Origin: Lingula anatina
Lineage: Eukaryota; Animalia; Brachiopoda
Length of the DNA stretch: 64,000 nucleotides
Assembly: GCA_051362555.1 (NCBI GenBank)
Contig: CM120643.1
Span: 11,816,644-11,880,643 of the forward strand
Direction of reading: 5' to 3'
The translations under genes were made by a program, and so were the position numbers. This document shows, piece after piece, positions 14,350-29,898 of the stretch (position 1 is the first letter of the stretch; every line of letters starts with the position of its first letter). A model generated the notes under the pieces. That model worked only from the letters and a program-made list of their open reading frames with translations, was not told the DNA's origin and ran no database searches.

Positions 14350-14622
14350 GTTTACAAAACCACTCTTCCAGTACTTTATACTGACTACAAATTTATACTG
14401 ACTACACTATAATGAAGATAAAAATTTTTGTTGACAAAACCACTCTTCCAGTACTTTATACTGACTACAAATTTATACTGACTACACTATAATGAAGATA
14501 AAAATTTTTGTTGACAAAACCACTCTTCCAGTACTTTATACTGACTACAAATTTATACTGACTACACTATAATGAAGATAAAAATTTTTGTTGACAAAAC
14601 CACTCTTCCAGTACTTTATACT
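14350..14622. repeat. 80-bp tandem repeat, ~3.5 copies (fewer in other units), next to a (GGT)n/poly-G tract
   Basis: GTTGACAAAACCACTCTTCCAGTACTTTATACTGACTAC... recurs at 14430, 14510, 14590. Confidence 0.9.
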
Positions 14623-15463
14623 TTTATGCTTTATTCATACTTTCTGCACCAGACTGAGCTGGTGAAAATGTACATATAGATAAGGTAATAGCAGCAATAA
14701 TAATGATAATAGTAATAGCAAAATACATAGATAAATAGCACCAAAATACATGTATAGGCATGTACCAATGTTTCTACTATGTGAACTAAATCTTCGTATT
14801 TATAGTAGTTATTGATAGACATCATGAAGTTGAAGATGTAGCACAGTTTCTTTTTTTAAAAGCAAGGTTAAGAAATTTGGCCAAGGAAATTATCACTGTC
14901 TCGTTTGGATTATTCATTATAAAGTGGAATTTATCTTTGTTGTTTAAATGTGCAAAGCACGTGTGGCTGCTTTGTATTATTTTAAAGAGTTCTTTTCTGT
15001 GTTCTGTATACAGAGGGCAGGTAATTAAGAAGTGTTCTTCATCCTCTATAACTCCAGGGTGGCAGATTTGGCATTTTCTGTCTTCGACTGGTGTTGGTTT
15101 ACCCTTGACTTGGCGACCTGTTTCTATGTGCAAATTGTGGCTGCTGATTCTGAATTTGGTTAGGGTTTGACGTTTTTCTTTATCTTGTATTATATCAAGA
15201 TATTTTTTTTTCTCAAAATGAAGTTTGAAAGTTTTATACCTTCTCAATTTGAGATTTTCTTGCGATATCCTACTATGCCAAAGTTGTATACTACTGTCCC
15301 TAAGTCTAACGCTAAAAGATTTCATGAAGTTTTTGTCTACTTTCTGTTTGACCCATACGTCTCCGAACCCATTTTCTACAAGAATTTTCTTTACTCCTTC
15401 ACTCCATGACATACTGACTGTGGCGTGTGTTGTGAAGGTTAGTATTTGACAGTCAGTTTATAA
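14623..15463 (-). mobile_element. 5'-truncated non-LTR retrotransposon 3' end (CR1/RTEX-like C-terminal CCHC domain)
   Basis: ORF 14822-15412: LTKFRISSHNLHIETGR...CQIC...EDEEHFLITCPLY; AATAAA near 3' end; short TATACT duplication. Confidence 0.8.
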
Positions 15464-15879
15464 TATACTGACTACAAATGACCAAACACACCTACTGGTC
15501 ACTATAATGAAGAAAAAAATTATTCAACCCTATCTGGCCAAAATTGAAGAAAATTGACAGTGCCGGTCGGCCCTTATGAAAATCACTCAAAATCACCCAG
15601 AAACGACCCGTCTCCGATTTTTTCCAAACGTGATGAAATTCAATCTACCACACCTGTCATTCATAAAAAATGTGTTAACGCCCCCGGATCACTTCATTAA
15701 AGCCCCCAATTCCAGCTTTAAAGATGATCCAAAAATAACCTCTGAGAACAGAATCTGAGGGGGGGGGGGGGGGGGGGGGGTTGGCCAGAGTTTTTCCTCT
15801 ATTTCTCCCTTAATGTTGACAAAACCACCCTTCCAGTACTTATATATATTAATACTGACTACAAATGACCGATCCGACC

Positions 15880-17950
15880 GACAGTTTCAGCATGTCTGCA
15901 AAGTGTTCTTTCTTGGTCTTGTACAACAATTTAAGATAGAAGGCTTGTATTTATTTAAATGAAAACGTCCTGGAAAACGTTAAAGAATATTCTTATCTGG
16001 GCAAAACCTTCACCAATATAACCTTATAATAATATAACAATATTACCAATATAACCTGCACAACTTAAAACAAAAAGTAATGAAGGCCATGTTTGCACAA
16101 AAAAGCACTTTATCCTCCAAAAACCTACTCCTACTCCAGTATAACAAATGATAGCAGATCCTTACAGATATAGTTAAATCCATGCAAAACTACTGCATCA
16201 GACTTAAAAATCTTTGAAATACAAGAATATTGAAAAAAACATTACACAAAAAATACATTGCCAAAATGAGAATAAGTGACCATGAGCTGGTGATAGAGAC
16301 AGGCAGGCACATGAAAATCCCTCTGGAAGAAAGAACCTGCACACATTGTAAAACAGAGGACAAGTAACCTTTCTTCCTCACTTGCAGCAAGTATCCAAAT
16401 CTATGCGGATGATACTTCCCTCTTTATGCCCTCGCGTCGGGGAGATGTTGATTCACATGCTATATTACAAGGTGACCTACGTACCATTGAAAATTGGTCC
16501 AATAAATGGAAACTCAATTTTAAACCGGCAAAGTGCCGCGAAATTATATTCGGCAAAGAAAATGATAATAGTACATACCCTGAATTGTATATAAACAATA
16601 CCATGATACCTAGGACAAAGAGCCACAAACACCTGGGACTAGTACTTGATTCAAAACTAAATTTTAATGATCATACTGATCATGTTTGCGAAAAGGTTCA
16701 ACGGGCCGTAAATGCACTAAAACCTCTATACTGCAAAGTTAGGTCCAAACATTTAAATGTTATATATAATGCCTTTATCCAATCACAATTTGATTACTGT
16801 GACATCTTCTATCATAACTCACTCCAGAAGAAATTATCGAAACTATCGTCTCTTCAATACCAAGCCGGCAAAATAGTACTGGGAGCCTTACCTAGCTCTT
16901 GTACCTCCAAAATATTTGAACAACTAAATTGGATTTCTCTATTTGATAGAAAAAAAAATGCATGCTCAAAAAATTATGTTTTCAGTCATGGCGAATTTGG
17001 TCCCCTCCTATGTTTCTGATATATTCCGCCCATTCAGAAATCCTTTTCCAATCATAACCCGAGAAAATAACAAAAGAGACTTTAAACTTCCTCCTAAATA
17101 CCCCCGTACCTCAGTTAACTATTTTCTGATGTCTTCATGGGATCAACTCTCCTCCTCCACTAAATCTTTACCTTCAATCTCATCTTTCAAGAACTCGATA
17201 AAAAAACACCTCACTGCTGGGTCGCTTTCAACAACAACACTAAACTTGAACAGAAATCATGAAAAAATTCTTAACAGAGCGAGGGTCGGTTGTTTATTTA
17301 GAGCAGAATTGTTTAGGCATAACTGGACTACTATTGATACACCACACTGCACCTGTGGTGCCCTTGAAACCCCTCTTCACTTTTTCTTCAGATGCCCTTT
17401 ACTCAATTCAAAGTACCCTCCCCTTTACCAAAAAATAAATGAAACTCTACATGCAAGCAAGACCTCTTTCAAAACACAAAAAGAAAAGCTGTCGTTATTT
17501 CTCTACGGTCATAAATCCTTATCACCCACCCAAAATGAAATTATCTTCGACACTGTTGCAAATTTTCTTCTCGTAAACTTTGTTATCACTTAATAGGTAT
17601 TATCTCTTTTCCTCTTCTTTCTTTCTGTACTTAACTTGTGCTCCTGATATATATATATATGAAGTTTTACATTTACTCTGTTGTATATATGTATATACCT
17701 ATCCATTTGTTTTATTTATTTATTTACTTATTTAATTTAATTTTGTGGAGAGCATATAATGCTTCCAGCGCCTTGCCTCCACTTCATTCTTTTGAATAAA
17801 CGTTGTTAAAAAAAAAAAAAAAAAAAGTATCCAAACTGAGCGACAAAGCTCAATTCCCTCCCAAATCCTGAGAGATAAGATTATGAATTAGCAGGCAGTG
17901 ATCAGAAACTATTATTCATCCTCCTCAACCCTCAAGGTCATAAATCAGTA
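15880..17950 (+). mobile_element. Old decayed LINE remnant (also ~26580-27210, ~33610-34240), here split by a younger CR1 insertion
   Basis: Fragments ENVKEYSYLG and AKMRISDHELVIETGRH...CTHC with stops. Confidence 0.6.
16400..17824 (+). mobile_element. 5'-truncated CR1-like LINE with poly(A) tail and 11-bp TSD, unique to unit 2
   Basis: Begins at YADDTSL; HKHLGLVLDSKLNF, CTCG..ETPLHFFFRCP; one frameshift in an A-run ~16950; AATAAA+poly(A); TSD AAGTATCCAAA 16389-16399 / 17825-17835. Confidence 0.88.
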
Positions 17951-18487
17951 TTTATAGCACAATGGATAACCCCATCACAGTAACTTTTAGCTTGGATATA
18001 TATTTTATCCCTTATTTTAACATTTATTTATATTTTTGATGTAAGCATAATAAAGTAGTGTTAGAAGTAGCTTAGACAGCACACAATGTTTAATTGTTAA
18101 ACAAAGAATTACAATCTTTATTTCTTAATTGAGCTGTTATAATCTGAATCAAAGGCGCATTAGGTGCTGAAATAGTGCATAAAAAAAAAAAAACCACTTT
18201 AATATTTAATTTGGTGTATTTTGTTCTGAGACTATGACGTTTATTGTAATACTGGTCTGTATTTCATTGTGCACAAGTTCGCATATTTATGGGCCCTATT
18301 GGTACCCTATAGGAAAGGAGCTGTTACAGAAGTCTTGACGTGGGAGATTAAAAGCATCATAAACGCTAGTCATGTTAACGACCAGTATAATTTACATGAA
18401 GAGACTTGAACATAATAGGCATAGCTTTTCACGAGTTTTGGTGGTCCTGAAAAGGACCGTTTTGAGGAGTAGAGCTAAATAATTCGT

Positions 18488-18838
<351 letters not shown>

Positions 18839-19350
18839 TCAATTTTCGGCCTTAAAATACCCTACTATCCGACGCCAACGACCTTATGCAGCATATGTTA
18901 ATTTGATTGGCCAAAACGATCGAGTCACTCTCCACGCAGAAACCCTTCACTTCTCTCAGTTAGCAATGATCCACTGCTTGGAGATTATTATTAGATTCAG
19001 AGAATTGTTCTCTGTGCCATACACTAAACTCTAAACCCTAAGCACGAGTACATTCTAATATTTTCTTCCTAAAAGCTGATTTCAAGAAGAAATTTATGGG
19101 AGTTTCATACGGCAAAGTTTTGTTAAGTTTGTTTTTACAAGGATTTACAAATTTGATGATACAGACAGAAATATAGCATATTTGTGCACTCTGCCTCGGA
19201 TTCAAAGCTGCACATTCTAGCGCACCTGTTTGGGAGTAATGAATATTCAATAATTATGTGAAAATACATCCAATCATATTTGGCTGAAATAGGGCAGGAA
19301 TTTGGGTCACCCAATCACCAAATAGACCGCCTTATTACAAATCTCTGTAG

Positions 19351-19809
<459 letters not shown>

Positions 19810-20604
19810 CTTCTTGATTTTATATCTAACAAAACGGTCCTTTTCAGGACCACCTCAACAAATCCAGAAAAGCTAGACCATTACGTGTTTATATATTGAT
19901 TCAAACCTCATAATGTTCTAAACAATATATTTGTCTATATTCAGTCAGAGTGCCCTGTAAAGCATACGGCCTTGGGAATTGCTGTAATCCTTACAAATTA
20001 CTTACTATTTTCATAGATATAACTTCACTGTAGACTCTTTTATAAAATTAGATTAAAAAATATATATATATACTGATGTCACCTGCGTCTGTCGTTGCTG
20101 TGCCCTGTCACCGATAACATGTGAACTTTTACCTGTTGGCTTGAAACTTACATAATTGAGGAATATTGAGTAAACACAAGTAAGGTTCGAAAATCGGCAC
20201 GATCGGTCCATTTTTTTCTGAAGTTATGCTGTAGTTATTTTATTATTATTATTATTTTATTTTATTTTTTTTTAGAATATGTGCAACACTGATAACAAAT
20301 TTCAAGGAAAACCAATAAACCTATTGTCTTGAAAACTACATGAGTTATCAATCTTACTGACATAAAGGTCGAATTCAAAAATCAGCTTGATTGGACCAAT
20401 TTTACAAAAGTATACTTCTGTTTTGCTGCTGACTCCTCTAACACAATTTGGAATCTCTACAGCCTTACAAAGCACTGGATGCTGTCACATCTAACACATT
20501 CCATATCATTCCCAGTCTTACTTACCCGCTCTGTCTGTTGCATTAAAACAAAATGTAGTGCTTTACAGGCTTTTTATGCAATCCTTTGTGTTAAGTAAAC
20601 TCTT

Positions 20605-20673
20605 CTATGAGTTTGGAGATAATGCAGTCTGTATAGTTAATCCATGCATATCTGCTATTTCTTGCTCTAGAGC
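20605..20673 (-). pseudogene. BOLA3: Duplicated BOLA3 last exon
   Basis: Same peptide as 38933-39001. Confidence 0.85.
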
Positions 20674-22030
20674 CTGAAATAAAATATACAAAGAAAAATC
20701 TGATATTAATGTCTTTGCTTTTTGTGAATATAGTTATCACAAAATATAATAAACTAAAATTTGCATAGTTGTTCCCAAAAAATTCTTGAAACAGACTGCA
20801 TAAATAATGTAAATGGAGAGCTTAATTGTGCAGATTTTTTCTTAAAACTTGCCAACAGAAGAGAGATGTATCTACATGTATGTCTTGTTCTTCACATGTT
20901 ATTACTCTTTTCCTATAACAAAAAAAAAAAAAAAACAAACAAACAAACAAAAAAAAAAAAATAAATAAAAAGTAACTTTTTAGAAAAAAACAGGGACTAA
21001 CTTTGATTGCAGAAATGCATTCATTAACCATTGGTAAGCATGGGAAAAATTGTTGTTTACTCCAGAAAAATTCAGTTTTTGGTTTCAACGAACACTCATT
21101 ATCCCTTTTAGGCACTTTATTTCAAAGAGAGATTTTTATTTATTTATTTGTTTATTTATTTATTTATTTTTTTGGAAACATTATTTTTTTATCTGTCGCA
21201 AATGTCAACAGGACCAAATAGAAGAGGAACATCTTTTTTCTTACTGCCTAGCCTAGTGTGCTGTGCTTTGCTAAAACCATAGCAGCTCCAATATCTTGTT
21301 GCTGTTAACAAATAATCAAATAAATACTCCAGGATACACAGTGATTTCACTTAATTTAAATGCAAATGTCAACATACTACATGAAAATAAAAAAGTAAAG
21401 CGTGCACTAATCAGCAGTGTAAAACATGACAATTAACGAGTGATCCTTGCTTCAGAAAGAGATAGAATTTCAGTTGAAAGAGAATCTTTTTTGGGCGAGT
21501 AACTAAGAATTAGTACAGTTACCACTGTGCTAAATGGTGAAGCAGAAAAATATTGTCTGATCAACTAGCTCTGCTCATGCTACTGCAAGGGAATTTCTCT
21601 CTCTCTGTCAGTACGTTGGGCCATGAAATTTTCTTGTCCCATTTCAAATCACATTGCAGCACAGAGATATAGCATTCATATTCATTGCCTTGGAAATTAA
21701 AATTGTGTTGAGGTTCATCATTGCTTCTACTTTTCAAACAGGTGTGAGATAATTTACTTAGTGGTTTAGGTGTTGAGAAACACAGCCATAATGGCAGCAG
21801 AGAAAATGCAATGTGTGCAAAAATAAATAAATAAATAAAAAATAAAAAAATAAAAAATAGAATAAGAAGAATGCAAAACAAATTCCTCAGTGTCAAAGTG
21901 TAGGGATTCATGTACGTGTGCGAACACGATAATTCCAGTTTGTTCTTATAAACATTAGGTATAGCTTTTCTGGAAAGATGTGGTTGGTCCTTTTTGTGGA
22001 CCGTTTTGTGCAAATCAATGACTTGTTGAT

Positions 22031-22399
22031 TTACTTGGAGCTGGTGTACTTGGTGACGGCCTTTGTGCCCTCACTGACAGCGTGCTTGGCAAGCTCACCA
22101 GGCAGCAAGAGACGGACAGCAGTCTGGACCTCTCGGCTGGTGATGGTAGAACGCTTGTTGTAGTGGGCAAGGCGGGAAGCTTCACCGGCAATACGTTCAA
22201 AGATGTCATTGACAAAGCTGTTCATGATGCTCATGGCTTTGCTGGAGATACCGGTGTCAGGGTGCACCTGTTTCATCACTTTGTAGATGTAGATGCTGTA
22301 GCTTTCCTTTCTCTTCCTCCTTCTCTTCTTGTCACCACTACGTGCGGCCTTAGCCTTACCGGCTTTCTTGGCGCCCTTGGAGCTCACTTTGGGAGGCAT
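22031..22399 (-). CDS. H2B: Histone H2B with disrupted stem-loop
   Basis: Canonical ORF; 21986-22002 reads GGTCCTTTTTGTGGACC instead of GGTCCTGAAAAGGACC. Confidence 0.95.
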   Translation of the reverse strand: MPPKVSSKGAKKAGKAKAARSGDKKRRRKRKESYSIYIYKVMKQVHPDTGISSKAMSIMNSFVNDIFERIAGEASRLAHYNKRSTITSREVQTAVRLLLPGELAKHAVSEGTKAVTKYTSSK

Positions 22400-23214
22400 G
22401 ATTCTTGTATTCTAGCGTACAAATTGAACGTTGAATGCTGGAGGAAGGGAGCGTTTTGTATTTATGCAATTCAGTATGCAAATAAGGGGATCCAGCGCTA
22501 CACGTTGTGAAATACACAATCGGATTGGCTGAAGTTCCCAGCGCAACAGATGCAGCGTCGAAGCCGAGGCAAAGTAGCATTTGACTTCATGAAAGCACTT
22601 ACTGTCCAAAACGGTCTAATCATTAAAGAAAACAATGTGCGTATGCTGTTATTTTCAAGTCCTTAATTGCAATCAATTAAGTAGCTGGCACCAATTAAGG
22701 TGTCCTACGATTTCAATCAAGTCTGACGTCATGTCACTTTTGTCACTTGGTCCTTGACAGCAGTTCATGTGTCAAAACCAGACGTTATCTTCAATGATCT
22801 GTCAAAGTAATGATCTGATTGCAATCAATTAAGTCTGATGTTAAGTCACTTTTGTCACTTTTAAGTTTAAGATGAAAATAAGAGCAATACAACACAAGCC
22901 TACATGAGGTATTCACCTCTGAAACCGTGCTCATTATATCCTTAACAATATTAATAAAAATTACGTTCTTGGAAGGAGGATGTGAAGCACTTGTTTTGTA
23001 TCATGCAAAACCATATCTACCTATAGTTATTTCATGGACCCTGTAACTTTCTGCTGTTACCAAAATATGATTTCTGCAAATTAGAGGCTCGAATGCTGCA
23101 CAGTGAGAACGAGGGCAAGTTAAGCGCTCTCTTTACCTATTGGCAGTTATTCCGACTACGCTGTCTTATTGGACAGATTTGCGTGCAGCACTGAATCCCC
23201 ACCGATGGCTATAA

Positions 23215-23658
<444 letters not shown>

Positions 23659-24607
23659 ATCACTTCTAGTTTACACCTCAAAACGGCCCTTTTCAGGGCC
23701 ACTCACAAATTCCTGGAAAAGCTATACCAAAAATGAATGAAGAGTAAAAAGATTAATATGCAATAATGGCCATGAATAGGAACAGTTATAAAACAAAGGG
23801 TAGAAGACACGTTCCCTTAATAATTAATAGTGGTCAGATTGTTTTTAACAACACAATAGTTACATAATCTGTCCATTTAAACTTAGTATTTACATGTAGC
23901 ATTATTCCATGCTCATACCATCACTACACAAAAATGAATAATTAAACTCACATCAGTAATGCATACTGTTCAAAGATGCAGATAAATTCACAATATATCA
24001 AACAAATGGCACACACATTGTGGAAATATATAATATTAGACGAAGAGAAATGGCATTTAGATTTGTTTTTACCGAGATGGATGACACAAAATTATAAACA
24101 CTGCAATTAAGAATCAATCGTTGAATTTTCAGTACATATTCATACTTAATGAAAATGAAGAAGAAAGAATCTCAACTGTTTTGCGAGTTTTGCAACATTG
24201 CCAAAGAGACAATGTTTCATGTATTTTAGGAATGACCACATGTACAAAATATCTGGACTTGCCTTATTAATGCTGTAAGGGAAAGTATGAAAACGAATAT
24301 AGAGAGACATCCCATCCCAGTTCCAGCTTTAAAGATGATCCAAAAATAACCTCTGAGAACAGAAACTGAGACAGGGGTGGGGTGGGGTGGGGTGTTGGGG
24401 TGTTGGCCAGAGTTTTTGCTTTATTTCTCCCTTAATGTTGACAAAACCACCCTTCCAGTACTTAATACTGACTACAAATTTATACTGACTACACTATAAT
24501 GAAGATAAAATTTTTTGTTGACAAAACCACTCTTCCAGTACTTTATACTGACTACAAATGACCAAACACACCTACCGGTCACTATAATGAAGAAAAAAAA
24601 AGAAAAA

Positions 24608-24869
24608 TAACTATGCCCAGCGTGTTGGAGCCGGTGCCCCAGTGTACGTGGCTGCCGTCCTCGAGTATCTGGCCTCTGAGATTCTCGAGTCGACGGGAAA
24701 TGCTGCCCGTGACAACAAGAATTGTTGCCCGTTACTTGGAGTTGGCTATTCGCAACGATGAGGAGTTGATCGAGCTGCTGGGAGGTGTCACCATTGCCCA
24801 TGGGGCGGTGTTCTGCCAAACATCCAGGCTGTCCTTCTGTCCAAGAAGAGCAAGTCAGCTGCCAAGTAA
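24608..24869 (+). pseudogene. H2A: Diverged 5'-truncated H2A pseudogene
   Basis: Starts at the NYAQRVG codons; 8-nt deletion near 24720, further indels; stem-loop with a 1-nt deletion at ~24900. Confidence 0.9.
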
Positions 24870-27740
24870 ATTAGCGCCTGCTAGTTTAAACTGCAAAACG
24901 GTCCTTTCAGGGCCACTCACAAATTCCTGGAAAAGCTATAACAAAAAATGAATGTATAGTAATGAGAATAAATAAAAATAAAATTGTAACAAATAAAGCA
25001 CATATCATGCTGGGCCTGCAGTAACTATTATTCCATATGTATGTGAAAACAGCCGTGATGTTATGTTTAATCAAGGAGTTATAACTCCTTGGTTTAATCA
25101 TTTCCACGAGTTTATTGTGTACTAACATCTTAGTTATCTTACAAAAACAATGCCATGTTGTTATGTTTTCAGACACTGTATCCAGATTACTGTATCTGTA
25201 CGTGTCATCAAATAAATGAGTTGTTCACCCTATTTCTATTTATTTATTAATCACCACCTAAAGGGGGGGAAGACATTAAATAGAACATACGTTAAGTTGA
25301 ACACATAATAACATCCCTTAATAAAACCATTCCATGATACATAATAAGATCATTCTAATAGGTCAGGTTAAACTATTGGACAAATTTATTATAAATAATA
25401 AACAGGATATATATATAAAAACAGTTCAGATTTGCACCATGTTAGCTTCAAGGGCACCCACATTATATCCTGGACATTTAATTAAGAATCTAATGCTGTC
25501 AATATTATTAGGCCTGACAAGAAAGTATGATGGGTAGGAGTCTGTATATTTATATACAGTATAATGATTTGACAGGATTGATGTTAAAGGCAAAAAAAGC
25601 CAAATAATTAAATTACCCTAATATGCATGGCCTGTAAAAAAAAAAAAAAAAAATGCCAATTGATCACATACATTCAAAATAATAATAATAATGATAATAA
25701 TAATTATAAAATATATTTTCTGAGTGGCTACGTTGGGTAAAAAGAAGGTTCTTAGAATGTCCCTTAGAATATCAAAATGGTCAGACTATTTTTATCAATA
25801 CAATAGTAATAGAAAATTTTAATTTAAACTTTATTATTTACATTTATTTTTGGTTTTGTTTTGTTTTATTTTATCTTATTTATTTTATTCTACCATGTGT
25901 GTTTAGCAATGTTTGCCTCCAACATGGTCACTGCACAACAATTGAGCAAGGGAGACTCATTTCTGAAATGAGCTCTCAAAGGTGTGTTTTTATGCTGTGT
26001 AGCTACCTTGTCGATTCAATAAGAATGAATGTCATTGATCAGTATAATGATCAAAATACAAGAGAACTTAACTTCACTCTGAGAACAGAATCTGAGACAG
26101 GGGGGTTGGCCAGAAATTTTGTTCTATTTCTCCCTAAATGTTGACAAAACCACTCTTCCAGTACTTTATACTGATTACACAAATAACCAAACACACCTAC
26201 CGGTCAGTATAATGAAGAAAAAAAATTTCAACCCTATCTGGCAAAAATTGATGAAAACTGACAGCGCCGGCACTTATGAAAATCACTCAAAATCACCCAG
26301 AAACAACCCGTCTCCGATTTTTTCCAAACGTGATGAAAATCAATCTACCACACCTGTCATTCATAAAAAATGTGTTAACGCACCCGGATCACTTCATTAA
26401 AGCCCCCAATTCCAGCTTTAAAGATGATCCAAAAATAACCTCTGAGAACAGAATCTGAGGGGGGGGTGGGGGGGTGGGGGGGTGGGGGGTGTTGGCCAGA
26501 GTTTTTCCTCTGTTTCTCCCTTAATGTTGACAAAACCACTCTTCCAGTACTTTATACTGACCACAAATGACCGATCGGACTGACAGTTTCAGCATTTCTG
26601 CAGAGTGTTCTTACTTGGTCTTGTACAACAATTTAAGATAGAAGGCTTGTATTTATTTAAATGAAAACGTCCTGGAAAACGTTAAAGAATATTCTTATCT
26701 GGGCAAAACCTTCACCAATATAACCTTATAATAATATAACAATATTACCAATATAACCTGCACAACTTAAAACAAAAAGTAATGAAGGCCATGTTTGCAC
26801 AAAAAAGCACTTTATCCTCCAAAAACCTACTCCTACTCCAGTATAACAAATGATAGCAGATCCTTACAGATATAGTTAAATCCATGCAAAACTACTGCAT
26901 CAGACTTAAAAATCTTTGAAATACAAGAATATTGAAACAAACATTACACAAAAAATACATTGCCAAAATGAGAATAAGTGACCATGAGCTGGTGATAGAG
27001 ACAGGCAGGCACATGAAAATCCCTCTGGAAGAAAGAACCTGCACACATTGTAAAACAGAGGACAAGTAACCTTTCTTCCTCACTTGCAGCAAGTACCAAA
27101 CAGAGCGACAAAGCTCAATTCCCTCCCAAATCCTGAGAGATAAGATTATGAATTAGCAGGCAGTGATCAGAAACTATTATTCATCCTCCTAAACCCTCAA
27201 GGTCATAAATCAATATTTATAGCACAATGGATAAGCCCATCACAGTAACTTTTAGATTGGATATATATTTTATCCCTTATTTTAACATTTATTTATATTT
27301 TTGATGTAAGCATAATAAAGTAGTGTTAGAAGTAGCTTAGACAGCACACTTTGTTAAACAAAGAATTACAATCTTTATTTCTTAATTGAGCTGTTATAAT
27401 CTGAATCAAAGGCGCATTAGGTGCTGAAATAGTACATTAAAAAAAAAACACAAAAAAAAACTTTAATATTTAATTTGGTGTATTTTGTTCTGAGACTATG
27501 ACGTTTATTGTAATACTGGTCTGTATTTCATTGTGCACAAGTTCGCATTTTTTTGGGCCCTATAGGAAAGGAGCTGTTACGGAAGTCTTGACGTGGGAGA
27601 TTAAAAGCATCATAAACGCTAGTCATGTTAACGACCAGTATAATTTACATGAAGAGACTTGAACATAATAGGCATAGCTTTTCACGAGTTTTGGTGGTCC
27701 TGAAAAGGACCGTTTTGAGGAGTAGAGCTAAATAATTCGT

Positions 27741-28091
<351 letters not shown>

Positions 28092-28603
28092 TCAATTTTC
28101 GGCCTTAAAATACCCTACTATCCGACGCCAACGACCTTATGCAGCATATGTTAATTTGATTGGCCAAAACGATCGAGTCACTCTCCACGCAGAAACCCTT
28201 CACTTCTCTCAGTTAGCAATGATCCACTGCTTGGAGATTATTATTAGATTCAGAGAATTGTTCTCTGTGCCATACACTAAACTCTTAACCCTAAGCACGA
28301 GTACATTCTAATATTTTCTTCCTAAAAGCTGATTTCAAGAAGAAATTTATGGGAGTTTCATACGGCAAAGTTTTGTTAAGTTTGTTTTTACAAGGATTTA
28401 CAAATTTGATGATACAGACAGAAATATAGCATATTTGTGCACTCTGCCTCGGATTCAAAGCTGCACATTCTAGCGCACCTGTTTGGGAGTAATGAATATT
28501 CAATAATTATGTGAAAATACATCCAATCATATTTGGCTGAAATAGGGCAGGAATTTGGGTCACCCAATCACCAAATAGACCGCCTTATTACAAATCTCTG
28601 TAG

Positions 28604-29062
<459 letters not shown>

Positions 29063-29829
29063 CTTCTTGATTTTATATCTAACAAAACGGTCCTTTTCAG
29101 GACCACCTCAACAAATCCAGAAAAGCTAGACCATTACGTGTTTATATATTGATTCAAACCTCACAATGTTCTAAACAATATATTTGTCTATATTCAGTCA
29201 GAGTGCCCTGTAAAGCATACGGCCTTGGGAATTGCTGTAATCCTTACAAATTACTTACTATTTTCATAGATTTAACTTCACTGTAGACTCTTTTATAAAA
29301 TTAGATTTAAAAAAATATATATATACTGATGTCACCTGCGTCTGTCGTTGCTGTGCCCTGTCACCGATAACATGTGAACTTTTACCTGTTGGCTTGAAAC
29401 TTACATAATTGAGGAATATTGAGTAAACACAAGTAAGGTTCGAAAATCGGCACGATCGGTCCATTTTTTTCTGAAGTTATGCTGTAGTTATTTTATTATT
29501 ATTATTATTTTATTTTTTTTTTTTTAGAATATGTGCAACACTGATAACAAATTTCAAGGAAAACCAATAAACCTATTGTCTTGAAAACTACATGAGTTAT
29601 CAATCTTACTGACATAAAGGTCGAATTCAAAAATCAGCTTGATTGGACCAATTTTACAAAAGTATACTTCTGTTTTGCTGCTGACTCCTCTAACACAATT
29701 TGGAATCTCTACAGCCTTACAAAGCACTGGATGCTGTCACATCTAACACATTCCATATCATTCCCAGTCTTACTTACCCGTAGTGCTTTACAGGCTTTTT
29801 ATGCAATCCTTTGTGTTAAGTAAACTCTT

Positions 29830-29898
29830 CTATGAGTTTGGAGATAATGCAGTCTGTATAGTTAATCCATGCATATCTGCTATTTCTTGCTCTAGAGC
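29830..29898 (-). pseudogene. BOLA3: Duplicated BOLA3 last exon
   Basis: Same peptide as 38933-39001. Confidence 0.85.

Noticed and set aside
14350-14622. CRISPR-like regular repeats (also 56562-58490)
   Set aside because: Eukaryotic tandem repeats with no unique spacers and no cas genes.
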